Positions 12,701-27,144 of a stretch of 64,000 bases of DNA are shown in pieces. The DNA comes from Geosiphon pyriformis uo1 (taxonomy: Eukaryota > Fungi > Glomeromycota): positions 80,763-144,762 of the forward strand of contig JAAOMT010000057.1 in assembly GCA_016748015.1 (NCBI GenBank), read 5' to 3'. The position numbers were made by a program, and so were the translations under genes. The notes under the pieces were generated by a model. It did not search any database and was not told where the DNA came from. It worked only from the letters and a program-made list of their open reading frames with translations. Position 1 is the first letter of the stretch, and the number at the start of each line of letters is the position of its first letter.

Positions 12701-15185
12701 ATGGTTTTAGGTCTGTTAATTAAGATAGAAAATATTAATTTAAATTTGGACAACTCTTTTTTTTAATGATTAACTTAGTTTAAAAGATTGCTATATGTAA
12801 TATTAAAGATATCAATATTTTTGCCAAACAGAAAAATGTTGTTTATTGGTATGTAAAATCTGAAAATATAATATCTATTATAATAAAAACGAAATTAAAA
12901 TTTAGTATTAGATTGTAGATTATAAATAAGTTTAATAGAATCTGAATTTTTATATCTGGTGTAAATAAAAACTTTCTTAGTGCTAAGATAACTGTTATTA
13001 TGAACAATTTTTTAGCTTAACATGTTTTAAAGATTAATAAGATTTATGATAAGATTATTTTAATTTGTTTTTTGTTTAAAAATAGACTTTCAGTTGTGGT
13101 TTTTAGTTTATATGCTAGAGTATTTGTGAGTGTTAAGTTTAATTAAATCTTTAAAATCAATTTTTTTATTGTTAAAGTATTTAATTTTAGTTTTTTTGTA
13201 ATATTAAAAAACAACTTTAATAAATATAGATCTAAAAAAAGTACAAGTCTTAAAAAATGCTTAGAATTGAGTTTAATTAATTTATTTAATGAATATTTTT
13301 TGGTTAAAGCTTTTATCTAAAACAATTTCAAAGAAGTCAAAAAGATTATTGATTATATTTTTTTAAGTATAAGTTTGTTATTAGTAGTTACAAGTTATAG
13401 AGTAGATTTTATATCCAATTTTATAATACAAATTACAAAACAATTATGGTTTTAGTTAACTTAAGTGATTTTTTGAATACTTGCCTAAATAATATTTACA
13501 AACAAATTAATAAAAATTGCTGAAAGTTTAAGACAAAAAACATAAATAGAGCCAAATAAATATGTTTTGAAGAATGCTTTTTTGCTAAATTGTCAAAAAT
13601 GCTGTATAAGTTTGTAAATACAAATAATCTTGAAAATTTGGATATAATATAGGAAGTATTAAAAAAAATAATAATGAGTTTAGCTAATAAAGTTTTTTTT
13701 AAACATTAGTTTAGTAAATACAATTATTCTAAGAACAAACAGTTTTCAAGATTTTTTAGACTAAAATTGTTAATTATTAAGATGATAAAGAAGTTAAAAT
13801 CAAGTAATAAGTTTAAATTTGATTGTTTTTTCAAAGTTTGGTTAATACTAAATAATACTAAGACTTTTAAGATTAATAACATAATTTATAATAGTATAAA
13901 ATATCTTAAAATTGTTGAATATTTATTAAAAATCAGAAAAAGTTATTAAAAATCCAAGTACTATAAATTAAAAATGTCCAAAAATATATTTATTAAAAAA
14001 ATGATTGAAAAATATATGAAAAAATTTTGTTTTAATAAAAGAAACATAATAAAAAGTGTTTTAAAGTAGTTTTTTTATAAAGTGGTTTTAAATTATTTAA
14101 TAATTAGAAAATAGTTAGTTTAAAGCTAAATAAGATAAGATGTAAAGTTAATAAAATTATGATAAAATAGACAAAAAAGCATAAAGTGCTTTTAACATTG
14201 CCTAATTTTTAGTTTTGCTAATATGTACTATTAAGTTATATAAAGAAAAATACTTTTTCTGGTGTAATAAATAAAATTTGTATGGATAAATTGATTTTAA
14301 TAATTAATAATTTGCCTAATGACAAGGGTGCTAATCTGTTTAATATATTTAATAAATTGTAAAAACATTATAGTAGCATAGTAATAGGATGTCTTTTGAA
14401 TTTGTTAAACTTTTGTCTAACTCTTAATAATGTTCTGGTTTTTTAGAAAAAACATGAATTTTAATAATTCTTAAGCTTTATAATTAAAATAGTATTCTTA
14501 CAAATATGTAGTTTATTGTATTAATTGAAATAGCAAAAAACATTTTGTCTAAGATTCTATTTGCTTATAGCAAGTTTAATGTTTTTTAAAATAACAATTT
14601 TTCAATTTAAAAAATATTTTAACTCAATTTTTTGTGTTTAAAAAAGAGCTGTAAAATTTAATTAATTCTACAAAATATGTACAAAACTTATAATTTAGTT
14701 AAGTAGCATTATTTGAAAATTAATTTGAAGTATATTAAGATATATAACAAATTTATTAAATTTTTTGGAAAAATATACATAAATAAAATTAATTAAGTAA
14801 TGACTGATTTTGGCCTATTTAATAATCATAAGTGCTTAATAGATTAAACCAGAGCAAATTTTTCTTATTGTTTTTCTGGAGAATTTTGATGATTTTTTTT
14901 TGTGTAAAGTAAATAAACATAAATATTTATGTGAATATAGATTAATTATAAACTTTGTGACAAAAACAAACAGAACAGAAATCAATTTTTTTTTTCATGA
15001 CTAGTGCTTTTGTAAATAATACAATTTAGGTAAAAAATAATTAAGCATTAACACAATATATTTTGGATATTGTTAATAAATTTTTTATGATTAATACTAT
15101 TTTTATTAATACTAACAAGACAGTAGCTATTTTTATCAACCAAAAGATCATAAATGCTTTTTTGTACATTAGTAATTCACTAACT
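9780..15185 (+). mobile_element. Heavily mutated LINE (ORF1, endonuclease, RT N-half), 3'-truncated
   Basis: Collinear with the reverse complement of 44550-49480. ORF2 start at 12766 reads M-I-N-L-V-*-K-I-A-I-C-N, matching SGLVWKFATCN. SAFVNNT at ~15005 is the FVDD motif. 5' boundary approximate. Confidence 0.8.
11283..12328 (-). mobile_element. Solo LTR (B-related) inserted in LINE ORF1
   Basis: Ends TATTATG (TGTTAC mutated)...GAGTAACA. 4-bp TSD ATAG/GTGG related by G>A. LINE ORF1 frame rejoins across it. Internal (AAAAT)n at ~11695-11765 resembles the (TTTTA)n of LTR-B. Confidence 0.75.
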
Positions 15186-16800
15186 AACAACTACAAAAAC
15201 CCAAATTTAAATCATGTTTTAATCAATTTTAGTAATTATTATATTAAAAACAGCAAAATTATGATTTATTTATATACTATTATTGTGGATTAATAAGACA
15301 CTTTTTAAAAAATTGCAACAATTTTCCTCTGTTTTTACTGGTTTTTAGAAACAATAATAACCAAAACAACAAATCTAACAAGAATAATGCTCTTAACCAA
15401 AGATTTAATTATGTTAACATTAATTTTTTTAGAGAAAATCTCTTAGTTAAAGCTACTATTTATTAGTTTTTAAACTAGTAAACATATTTTTAAAGAGTAA
15501 AAGTATAAGCCAACCAGAAAAAAACTTTTTTATACTTTTAATCTAATTAATAATGACTATAATATGGATAAATTAGCTATTAATTCTATTAAATATACAA
15601 GAAAAAAAAAAGCTAAGATTGATTTTGTTTTAAATTTTAATAAAGTCTTAATTTCTATTGTTAATAATAATAAGCTATTAAAGATTAAAGTTTTTAAGAA
15701 TTCTCTAAAGTTAAAATCTTCAAAAATTGTACAAAAATTTGGACTCTATTTTGTTGTTAAAGATTTCATAAAAATTCTAGTTTATATTACTTTTAGTTAA
15801 CTAATAATTCATATTTGATTTAAAAAAAGCTTTACAAATTCTTAATTCTAAAAAAAAAACATTCAAGACTAATAAATACTTTTAATAAGTTAAACTTACT
15901 AACAATAGCAATATTATTTTTTTGATTTGCAAACTCCAAGTAACTAGTTACTTTATTAATCTGATTCTAAATAGTAAATTATCTGTTAGTGTTATTATCA
16001 AATACTTTTTTAAAGCAAATAATAGAAAAATAAATACAACTTTTAACTTAACTTATAACCAATATATATGGTAACAAAAAAAAAGTCTTGATATAACCAA
16101 AACTGTTTCTGTTTATATTAAAATTAAAACTAACATAAAAGTTTTTGAAGCAAAAAAGTACACCATAATTATTGACAATAAATGACTCAAAAAAGCAAAA
16201 GTTTTACTTGATTATAAACTTTGTGAACTAATTATCAAATGTAATAAAAAATTTATTATGATTAAATATTATTATTAAACAACTTTTTCAATATCTAAAC
16301 AAAACCAAAAAAAAAACAATCAGATAAATTAAATAATAAAAAAAGCAATAAAAAAGAAAATAAAAAAGAATAAAAAAAAATTGTTAAATTTATCTATATT
16401 TTTTTATCAACAATAACAAGCTATTAAATAATGTCAAACCTAACAAAAAAAATTATTTTAAATAACAAATTAATTTGTTAGTCTTATTATAATATTCTTA
16501 AAAAAACTTTTAATAAAAAGCTTAACAAAAAACCAAATACAATTACAAATAATATAGTCTTTATACATAGTATTAGTACAATAAACTATTGTATTTTTAT
16601 AATAATTAATACATATTCTGTCTAATCTATTACAAAAATTAAGAACTTATTAATTTAATATTCAGAAAAAAATAAAAAAAATATAGAAATTTTTTAAAAA
16701 TAAATCATTTAAAAGTTAATTATTAATAATAAAACAAAAAAAACTTTCATTAAAAAAAAAACTAATATTAAAAATTTGTTAATTAAAAACAGTTTAATAT
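15185..16800 (+). mobile_element. Degenerate gypsy gag-end/protease fragment (third family)
   Basis: LILNSKLSVSVII at ~15960 (LILDSGSSVSVI after G>A/C>T) and TIIIDNK*LKKAK (IIVGNEWLKKAK). Boundaries uncertain. Confidence 0.55.
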
Positions 16801-17899
16801 TATAAAAGTGTTTTTTTTTAAGATTGTACTATAATTAATTTTTTATATAATCTTAGATCAAATAATAATACAAAGAATTATCTAATTTTAATATATAGAT
16901 AAATATATTAATCTCAATAAATACTATTATTAATTTATATTAGATTTTTATTTAATAGATTACTATTGTTTTTCTTATTTTTGGGCTTAAAGATTAGCTT
17001 AGTAAGTTTTTTTTAACTTCTAACAAATATTAAATAATTTTTTCTGGTAAATATTTTTTTATTTAATTTAATATATTATATAATATTTTTGTCAAAATTG
17101 CTGTTAATAGTCACTACTATATTAGTTTTTTAAAAAAAATATCTGTTATATTCTTATATTTTTGTTTGTATTTTTTCTTGAAACTTTTGTAAAAATATTT
17201 TTTTTATTTTATATTAATATTAGACATTTATATTTTTTTACTTATAGTAAACTAATACTTTATTTTTAATAAATTAAAAAAAAATTAGAATAAAAAAAAG
17301 TAAAATTCAACAAAATTAGTATTCAAAAATAATTTTAATCAGAAATTATTTTTCCAAAACATAAAAAAATTGTTCTGAATTTTTAAATTAATTATTAATT
17401 TTAGCCAAAATATTATTATAAGTAGATTTTATATAATTATATATAATTAATATTTTTCTAATGTATTCTTAATTTTATTAAGCTTAAATTTTGTTTATAC
17501 TCTATTGTTGTGTCAAGTATTTTGTTGTTTTTATTTATAAAAAGCAGTAATAAAATTTGGCAGTTCTTTTTAAAGTCTAAATTATAAAAAAAAAAATTTC
17601 CAATTTTACTAATTTTAATATTAGTAAGTATTATAATACAAAACTAAGAAGACATACTTTTTAACTTTTCTTAAAAATTATAATTTGATTTTTTTTTATT
17701 TTTTTATTTTATTGTCTAATTAACTTCTTATTTGTTTTTCTGTTTGCTTAATTAAAAAGCTATTATATATATACATATTTTAAGTTATATATAATCATGT
17801 TTATTTTAATTAATTAATTAGTAATTATTAAACTATTAGATTTTTTGTTTAATTGTGAATGCCTTTTAACTTACTTATTTGTAATTGTATTAAATTGAA

Positions 17900-20800
17900 C
17901 ATATTTGTGTATATTTTGTATATTATTATGTACATATTACATTTTTTAATTTTATTTGTTGCTTTATATTATTTATACTATTATTATTTTTGGTTTTTGT
18001 TAATTTCTATTAAATAGTAATATTTTTTTCTTAAGATTAAGCTTTATTAAAATTAATGTACATTTTTTTAATATTAATATTTAACACAAAGATCTGTATA
18101 TTTATTTAAACTATTTATTTTTGTAAGTTTTAAAATTTGTTATTAATAAATTTTTCAATTCTATTAAGAATAAGTATATTTATTTTGTTAATAGTATTTC
18201 TAAACAATATTAAAACAATATATAAAGTCGATATGCTGTTCTAAAACAGTATTTAAAGTTATTTTTTTTAGTTAGTTTTTCGAACTTTTGGAGTTTTGTT
18301 TTGTCAAATTTCTTGTTATTTTTTTTAATATAAATTGTTTGAAAATTTAATTGTGTGATTATTATAAAGTATATATAATAATTAAGTTCATTTTTTTTGG
18401 GCATTGTATTTTTTAGAAGCTGAAATTTTTCTATAATTTTATCAATTAATGTGTTAGTGCTTTTTTATTACTCATAGTAAGATTTAAAATAGTTTGTATT
18501 TGGCTTATTTTCTCATATGACTGAATTTCTTTTTTTATATGAAATTTTAGAATTATTAAGAGTAATTTCTAATGTTAAATTAAATTTTTGTAATAACTGA
18601 AATAAAAATTGAAAAGTACTTATAATGTTTTTAAATATATTCATAATAAAATAAATGAAAAAATAAAAATAAATTATTTTTATATATAAAAATTAAAAAA
18701 ATTTTTAATAGTTTAATGTTTTTGATTTTTTTTTAACTATTTTTAGAATTGTTTTAAATATTAATGATAATAACAAAAATGTAATTGGTCGGATTAATTG
18801 TCTTTTAAGTAATGTTTAATAATTATTATTAGCTTTAAATCTTATAAAATTTAGTTAAAAAACACAATTAGTATATATGTTCCTAATTTGAACATTAATA
18901 AATCAAATAATTATTGTTAATAGTATATTTTTAATTGGTTACTATATGTAATTTTTTTAAAATTTTTTTATCTAAATGTAATTTATATGCTTTATTACTC
19001 AAAATATTGTAAACATAAAAAAATTTATTTTATTTATTGTCAAATTTCTTATTTTATTGTTTTTTGTTTTTGTTTAGTATAATAAAACTTTGTTTTTTAT
19101 TTTGTAAACAATAGATTGTTCTAGAAATTGCTATTGTTTTAAAATTTTTGTTGTTTTTAGAAATACTTAATATTATTAGTTATATATTGATAATTGTTTT
19201 CTAATTTTTTTAGTAGTTTGTAAGCTTATTTTTTAATAGTTTTTTGTAAGTTGTTCTTATTTATTGGTTTTGTTAAATAAGTTTATTATTAGTTTTATTA
19301 ATAATATAGCATTTTTTTCATATGCTAATTCAAATAGTGTAAATTTTATAATGTCTTATTTTAATGTTTAATAAACCAATAAAACTGATAAAATAAATAA
19401 GTCTTATTCTTATTTTATTTTATTTTATTGCTTATTTTTACAAGTAATTTGCATAGTGTTTTATTAAAATATTTTATTAATTTATTTGTTTATAAATAAT
19501 AAAATAATAAAAAAGATTATTTTATTCCAAAATATTGGTTAATTTTAGTAAACAAATTATTTATAAAATAGTTTTTTTAATTTTAGAATAGCTTTTTTAA
19601 ACAGTAATATCTACAAATTAAATTTTTATACATAAAATCAATAATTAATTTAATATTTGCAGTTTTAATAATCTTTGTTTCTGGCTATTTTGTTAAGTAA
19701 TTTATAAGAATTATAATGTATCCTGTTTTTTTGATAATAATAACTAATAGTTTCTCTAAATTAATTTATATTTTATTAAATAGTTCTCTTATTTTAATAG
19801 ATTTTAGCAATTTAATTACTTTTAAATCTTTTTTTTTAACATATATTACAGTTGCAAACATATTAAATAATATTAATTTGCATTTTTTATTAGTAGTACA
19901 GACTATTTGTCTACTAAATTATGGCTTTTTTTACAAATTGTTTTGCTTTAGATCTAATTGCATATTATAAAAAATAATTTTTTTTCATTTTTAGTAATTA
20001 TTCTAAATAGATTATATTAATAGTATTAGTATAGTATATTATTTTTAACCAGATAGTATTTAATTTGTTTTTGGATTTTTGTTTATTTTTTCAACAATAA
20101 TTTTGTTAATAATTAAAGAGTTATAAAGTAATATATTAAATGTTGGTGTGTTTTGGTGTTTATTTTGATTGAGTTGTAAATGGTTTTTGATAGTATTTTA
20201 TTTGAAACAGACAGTCTACATTGGTGTTTTTTTTTTTTTTTATAAATAATATTGTATATATAAAATTTTAATGAAATAACTTATTTGATATAATGTTTTT
20301 CTAATGAGTTTTTGTTTATTAATCAGATAAAACTTTTGTGGTCTGTAATAATATTAAAAAAATTATGTAATAAATATTGTCAAAAATATTTTATGGTCTA
20401 TATAATTACAAAATATTCAATTTTATAAACAGCATAGTTTTTTTTAAATATGTTTAGGTCTTTATTGATATATGTAACTATGTATTTTTTTTTTTTTTTA
20501 TTTTTTTTTATTGTAACAAAACAATACTTAAATTTGTTTTAAAGACATTGGTTGTAAGTACAAATTTTTTGGTAAACTTAAAGTATATTAAGATTGGAGT
20601 TTTAATAAGTTTTTGCTTTAAATAGTCAAATACTTATTTTTGCTTTTTATTTTATTTTTATATTGTATTTTTAGTTAATAATTAATTTAAAAATTGGGTT
20701 ATTATTAAAAAGTCTTTTACAAATTTTTAATAGTATAAAGTGAATTCTAAAAATTTTTAAAGTTCAATCAAATTTTGAGAACAAAAAAAAATTTGATCTT

Positions 20801-23800
20801 CTTAATTTTTATGAAATCAGGTTTTATTCTGCTCTTTCCAATTATGTGTTCTAAAAAAACAAGTTGTAATTTTCTGAAAAAGTATTTTTTGGAGTTAAGT
20901 TTTAATTTAGTAATTTGAAATTTTTCAAAAACTTGTTGCAAATGTTTGAAATAATTCTTAAATATTGGAGATACCATATTTATGTTATTTAGATAAACTA
21001 TAACTAATTTCTATAAGATTTTGAAGTAAATAACATCCATTAATTATTAGAATTTTGTGAAAACATTAGTTAATTTAAATAATATTACATTAAATTTGTA
21101 ATTATTATTTTGAATTGTAAAAATGGTTTTTTTTAGTTATCAAAATTTATAGCTATTTGTCAATATTTATTAATAAGATTCAAAATTAAAAACCATTTAA
21201 ATTTACCTATAGTATTCAAGATTTTATTAATTTGTAGTAAAAAATAAACATTTTTTTTGTAACATTATTAAGTTTTCTATTATTAACACAAAATCTGATT
21301 TTTTTATTTTTTTTTGTACTAGTATAATAAATAAAAACTATGAACTTATAGAACATTGTATAAGTTTATTTTTCAATATTCAATTAATCTTTTTTTTATA
21401 AAATTATGTTTAAATAATAGTATTCAATAAATATATTGCTTAATAAATAACACATTTTTTATTTAAATTGATAATAAATCAAGTTAGTTTAATCAAACTT
21501 AATTTTTTTGGCAAAAATATTTGGGTATTTTAAGATAAGTAATTTTAATTGTTTTTGTTAAGCAGAATCTAGTAATCTAAAATTAAGCTTAATTAACTTT
21601 TTACTAGTTATTTGGTAGTATTTAATAATAGGTTTCAATAAGATTAATTTATTTTTACAATATAATACCAATTGAGAAAAGTCAAAAAATTTTTGGGTTT
21701 TATATTAATTGATAATATTTGTGTTTAAGTATCTTAAAATCATATTTTTGAATAAGTATATAGTTTTTTTGGATAAGTTGTAAATAAATATTTTTATTTG
21801 TAAATAATTATAATATAATATATACAAATTAGTAAGACTAATTAAAAATTGTTTACAAAAAAAAATATAAAACTTGAATAAAAATTTTTTTATTGTTTTC
21901 TTATAAGTGTTTAATAAATATATTTTAAATAATAAAATTGTAATTATTCTATTAATTCAGATTATTTTTAAGTTTTGCTGTATTGTTTTTACATAGTCAA
22001 TAAGTAGAATAAATATTTTCATAAAACCAAAATTTTGAGTTCTGTATTTGGTTTTTTTAGTTTTTTTTGGATCTTAGTAATAATTAATCTAGTATTTAGA
22101 GTAAAGATAAGAAAATTGTTTATACAATTCTTTTTTTTAATTTAATTATATATAATTAATTCAATTTATTATGTAATAAGATTATAAGATTTTTTGTGTA
22201 TCTGGAATTTATAATTTTTTTTAATATTAATTTTTTTTTAATTAAACTAAATCAAAAAATTATTTGTATTATAACTTCAGATAATATTTTAAACATTATT
22301 TTTAAGTTAATTGCAATAATAGTAAAAGATTCTAATATTAGTATTTAATTTCTAAGATACTAAAGATCAAATTTAGCATTAGTTAAATATATTTATTCTG
22401 GTAAAATTTTTTGATTGTTATTAATAAAACATTTGATATTTAATTTTTGTCAAAAATTAATAGAAATATGTAAGTTTTCTGTTAGTATTTTTAATATTTA
22501 TAAAGTTTTGTTTTATGTTTTAGGGTCTAAATAATTTTCAGATTAAATTGCTTTTTCAGATAGTTTGAATTAGAATTAATAGTTAAAATACCATTGTAAT
22601 TAACAAGAAATTAAATAGTTTTTACATAAGTAAATATTAATTTGTATAAAATATTGTTTCTGTTTTTTTATGTTGAATAAAATTTTTAATAATAATCTTA
22701 AAATTTTTGTAAAGAGTTTAAGAGATTATACTTAGCAACTTTCTTGATTATGTTTAAAAGTGTTTTTCAATTTTCAATTTTTTTGGCTGTTTTGTCTTAT
22801 AAGTTTATTTTAACTGTATTATATAATTGTTTAGTATTGTATAGATAATAATATATATAATTAAAAGCTTTATTATAAATAGTATTAAAAAGAGTTTTTT
22901 TTTATTCAGTTAATAATAAGAACAGTATATTAACAAATAAAATCACATATAGCTTTTTTAAATTACATATTAACTCAAATATATTTATTGAATAAAATTT
23001 TTTTACAGATAATACAAAGAATTTTGTCTTATTTTCTTGATTATTTTGAATATTTATATATATTTTTGTAACATTGGTTACAATAATAGTAGGTAACTTA
23101 TTAATTATTCTTATATAAAACAATATAAGCAATTATAAAAGATAGTTTCTTTTAATAAACTAAATATTGTAGTTTTGGTTAATAATTTTGGTAATATTAA
23201 GAACAAAAAATAATAATTTATTGAATTAAAAGTTTTATTATTCTATATAAAAACAGATAATAATTTTTTATAATCATTCTTATTTTATCTAATTTAATAT
23301 GTTTTAATAATATTTGTTTTTAACATTTTTTTAAATTTAAACTGGAATGAATTGTTTGTATTGAAATTTTTTTTAAAATGCCTGTACATAGCAAATATTT
23401 TTATGTATTGTCTTTAATATATTAGCTGTAATTTTTGAGTTGATTAATTTAAAATAGCATTTGTTTTTTCTAACTAATACTTAATATTAAATTGTATCTA
23501 TAACTAATACTTTAATAAGAATAATTATTTTATTTATGTTAAAAAAAAAAGTCGATTTTTCTAATTAGTTTTTTCTTGGCTTTATTAATAGTAATAATAA
23601 AAATATTATTATTTCTATAAATTTGTTAACCTAATTAGTTTATTAATTGAAAAGTAATAATGTTTTTTGCTAATTTGCTATTTAGAATCAGTTTAATAGA
23701 ATTATTATTCATTTTTGTTTTGGTATATATAGTAATAATTGGTTTATTTTTATTTAGTATGGCTTTGTTAAATAAGATAAAAATAAATTTTTTTTTCTCA

Positions 23801-25328
23801 AAATTAAAAAAAATATGACTGTTAAGATTTTATTATTAATAATAATAGTAAAAAAATTATACTGGTGTTTTTATTAATATTAGTAGCAGAGCTTTTAATA
23901 GTGCTTATATTTTGATTTTTGTAAGATACAGTATTATAAAAATTTAATAATTTAAATAAATTAAAGAATGTTTATTAATAATATATAGATATATTGTATT
24001 ATTTATTTTAATTCAAATTTTATATTATTATTGTATTTGTTGTTAGTTGATTCAAGAGATTTGAATTTAAAAGTGGATAATTTTCTCTTAATTCAAGTTT
24101 TGAAAATATAATTTAAAAATTGGTAATTGTTATAATTGTTATAGTAAAGCTAAATATTATAACAGAATTATATTTTATTGTTATAATAACCATTAATAAG
24201 AATATTATTAAATTAGTACTAAATATTAATTCTGAAGTATTATGTATTAATTGCTAAAAGATGAGTTTTATAAATTGTTTTTTTACAAGTTTTGATAGAA
24301 TTGCAGTAACCAATATTTGGCTTTAATATGTTTATGTTTTTAACAATAATAATACATGAGTATATTTTGTTGGTTTCTACTTTAGTTTTAATAGTTGTAA
24401 TCTTAAAGAGATTTTTAATTTTATTGTTGTAATGATTAATAATGATTTTGTGTTTGTTATTTAGTATTAGCAAAATAACTTTCTATCTTTTAAAATAATT
24501 TTTCTTTTAGTTAAGTGATTTTGTTTTCAAGTTTTTTGGTGTTATTATTATTTATTACCAATTTAACCATTTAATTATAGCTAGCTTCTTTTTTAGCTAA
24601 CTTAATATCTTGAACTAATATAATAACTTAAGATAAATCTACCAAGTATTGTAATCTTATTTATTCAAGAATACTATTTCTTAGGCTTTTTACAAACTAA
24701 TTGAAAATCTAAAAGACTGTGTAATAATTGTTTTTTATGGCTCTAATTTGACATAAAATGCAATTAAATCTACCAAAATATTTAATTACTGTTTTATTAA
24801 ACTGTTATTTAATAATATTAAATTTGTTTTGAAGTTTAATAATAGTGTTAGAATTACAAAAATATTTTAGAGATATATCTTAAAACTATGTAAAAGTATT
24901 GGGTTTAAGATCCAAATTCTAATATTAGAAGTTAACTGTGTTTTTTGAAAAAAAGAATAAAGTTTAAAGACTATAAATTTTATTTTAATTATTTACTAAA
25001 ATTACTTTTTGTGTTTTTTAATCTACATATAAGTATTTTCTTTTTTTTTAATAAAATTGGTTAATTTTACAATATAAAAAACAGCCATTTTTTGAGAATT
25101 TATAGATATTTGAATAGAAAAAATTATAAATTTCGGTTCTAATTTATTTAAACCTTTTTTTTTCTTTTAATATACTGTTCTTAGGTTTAAATTCAGATTA
25201 AAATTTAGGTTTAGATTCTTTAGTAGTCTAAAAATTTGGTTGTAAAGATAGTGAATTTAAAAATCATAAAAAATATTTTCTTAAAATAGGTTTTTTAAAG
25301 AGTTTTTCTTCAAATAAAGTGTGAATAT
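17900..25328 (-). mobile_element. Heavily mutated gypsy element (gag, PR, Cys-rich, dUTPase, RT, RH, IN, extra 3' ORF)
   Basis: PR KLILNSKLAKNIIT ~23670-23705. dUTPase NAKFDL*Y ~22360 and TQNFG ~22030. RT ORF 20768..20977 LKLNSKKYFF..FLEHII..IKPD. Integrase relic ~18800-19950. Outer limits approximate. Confidence 0.75.
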
Positions 25329-27144
25329 TGTTACTAGTAGAATTTTAATTATTAATTAACATAAAATTACTTTTATAATTCTTATTATTAATTAGCATAT
25401 ATTATTAGCATTTCAATTATCATGTATTATCTTATTAAATTATCCAAATTATTAAACAATTAATAACTCAATTTATATGATACACAAATTATAATGATCA
25501 GATTATACAATATATTAAATTCTATAATATTCAAAAATTTGCTGAATTTTATAAAATTTTGTAAAATAATTTAATAGTTTACCAAAATACTAAATAGCTT
25601 ATAAAAATAATTTGTAGTTTATTAAAATGTATTTTTAATTTATTGAAATAATAGCAAAAAAAAAGTTTAAATTCATAAATTAGTACTATAATAAATTGTA
25701 TAAAAGAAGAGTTTTTCTTTTTGAAAAAATATATCTTATCTTATTTTATTTTAGAATTATCTTATCTTAAAAATACTTTTACTTTTATCAATAAAATAAT
25801 ACTTTGAAAACAAATTTATTAATTAATTGTACTTAAAAATTTTTCGAAATACAATTAACATTTTTGAAATTAATTAGCTATCAATTTTAGTAATTTGTTA
25901 GTAACATCAGATCTGAACAGAAGATAATTCTTTTAACAAAAATTTTTTTTCTTAACATTTTTTTATTTTTTTTATTATAATTATTAGAATATTTTACAGA
26001 TAAAATTTCTGTAAAAGAGTTGATTTTTAAAGCAAAGTAACTACATATTTTAAGTAAGCTTCCAGATGAACAATTTTTGGAAAAGAGTTGACTTTTATTA
26101 CAAAGTAACTATATAAGTAATTAGCACAGAATTGGCTATTTTACTTATAAGTTTAGCAGTTCAAATTATAAAAAATAATTTGATAATAAATTTAGTTATC
26201 AGAGATTTAATAGTTTTTAATGATTCAGAATTAACAACAAAGTAATAACAACAATATTTAAGAAAAAAAACCAAAAATCCTTAATAATATTTGGTGCTTT
26301 CTTACAAAAATAATACAATAAAAACAACTTCAAAGTAATAATCATATTAAACATAACAATTCTAAAGTACTATTAATTAATTTACACTTACTGCAAACAA
26401 TAATTTGAAATTCAAAACGGAATTACAGCTTTTAAGAAAATACTTTTTTAGTACATTGAAAACTGAATTAATAATTATCTTTTTAAAAATTACAACATTA
26501 CAAAAGTCAAGTAAAAACTTTTTAAAAATCTCATTTATTATACAAATAGAGATCCAAAAAATATTAGTAATAACAATTATGCTATTTACTTTGAAGAACT
26601 TGATTATACTATTATTAAATTTTGTAAAAAAAAATACTTTGCTGACTTACAATTTATTTTTAAACTTGAGTTTGAACTTAAAATAAACAAAAAAGACAAA
26701 AAAAAATACTTGGCCAATTTATATAATACTTAATACACCAAAAACAATTTTTTAATACTTATAGACATTAAAACAAAAAACCAGTTCCAAACTACTACTT
26801 TCAATTATACTTTTCCCAATTTCTTTTGTACAAGTTCAAACACCAAATCTACTATTTAACTGTTTTTTAAAACCAGAAGACTTTATATTACCAAGAAGTC
26901 TAACATAACAACCTAAACCAATTTTTATCAGCACAAATCTCATTGATTTTTTAGCAGAAAACCAGAATAATTACTCTAATAACAATAAAAATATTTCTAA
27001 ATTTACTAAAAACAAAACTACTAAAAACAAAAATACAGAAAAAATAGCAACTACTTATATTAGAAAAATCACTAAATTTACAGAAAAAAATGCTAATACT
27101 AATTCTTAAGAATAATTAAACAAAGTCTTAAAAACAAAAGATGT

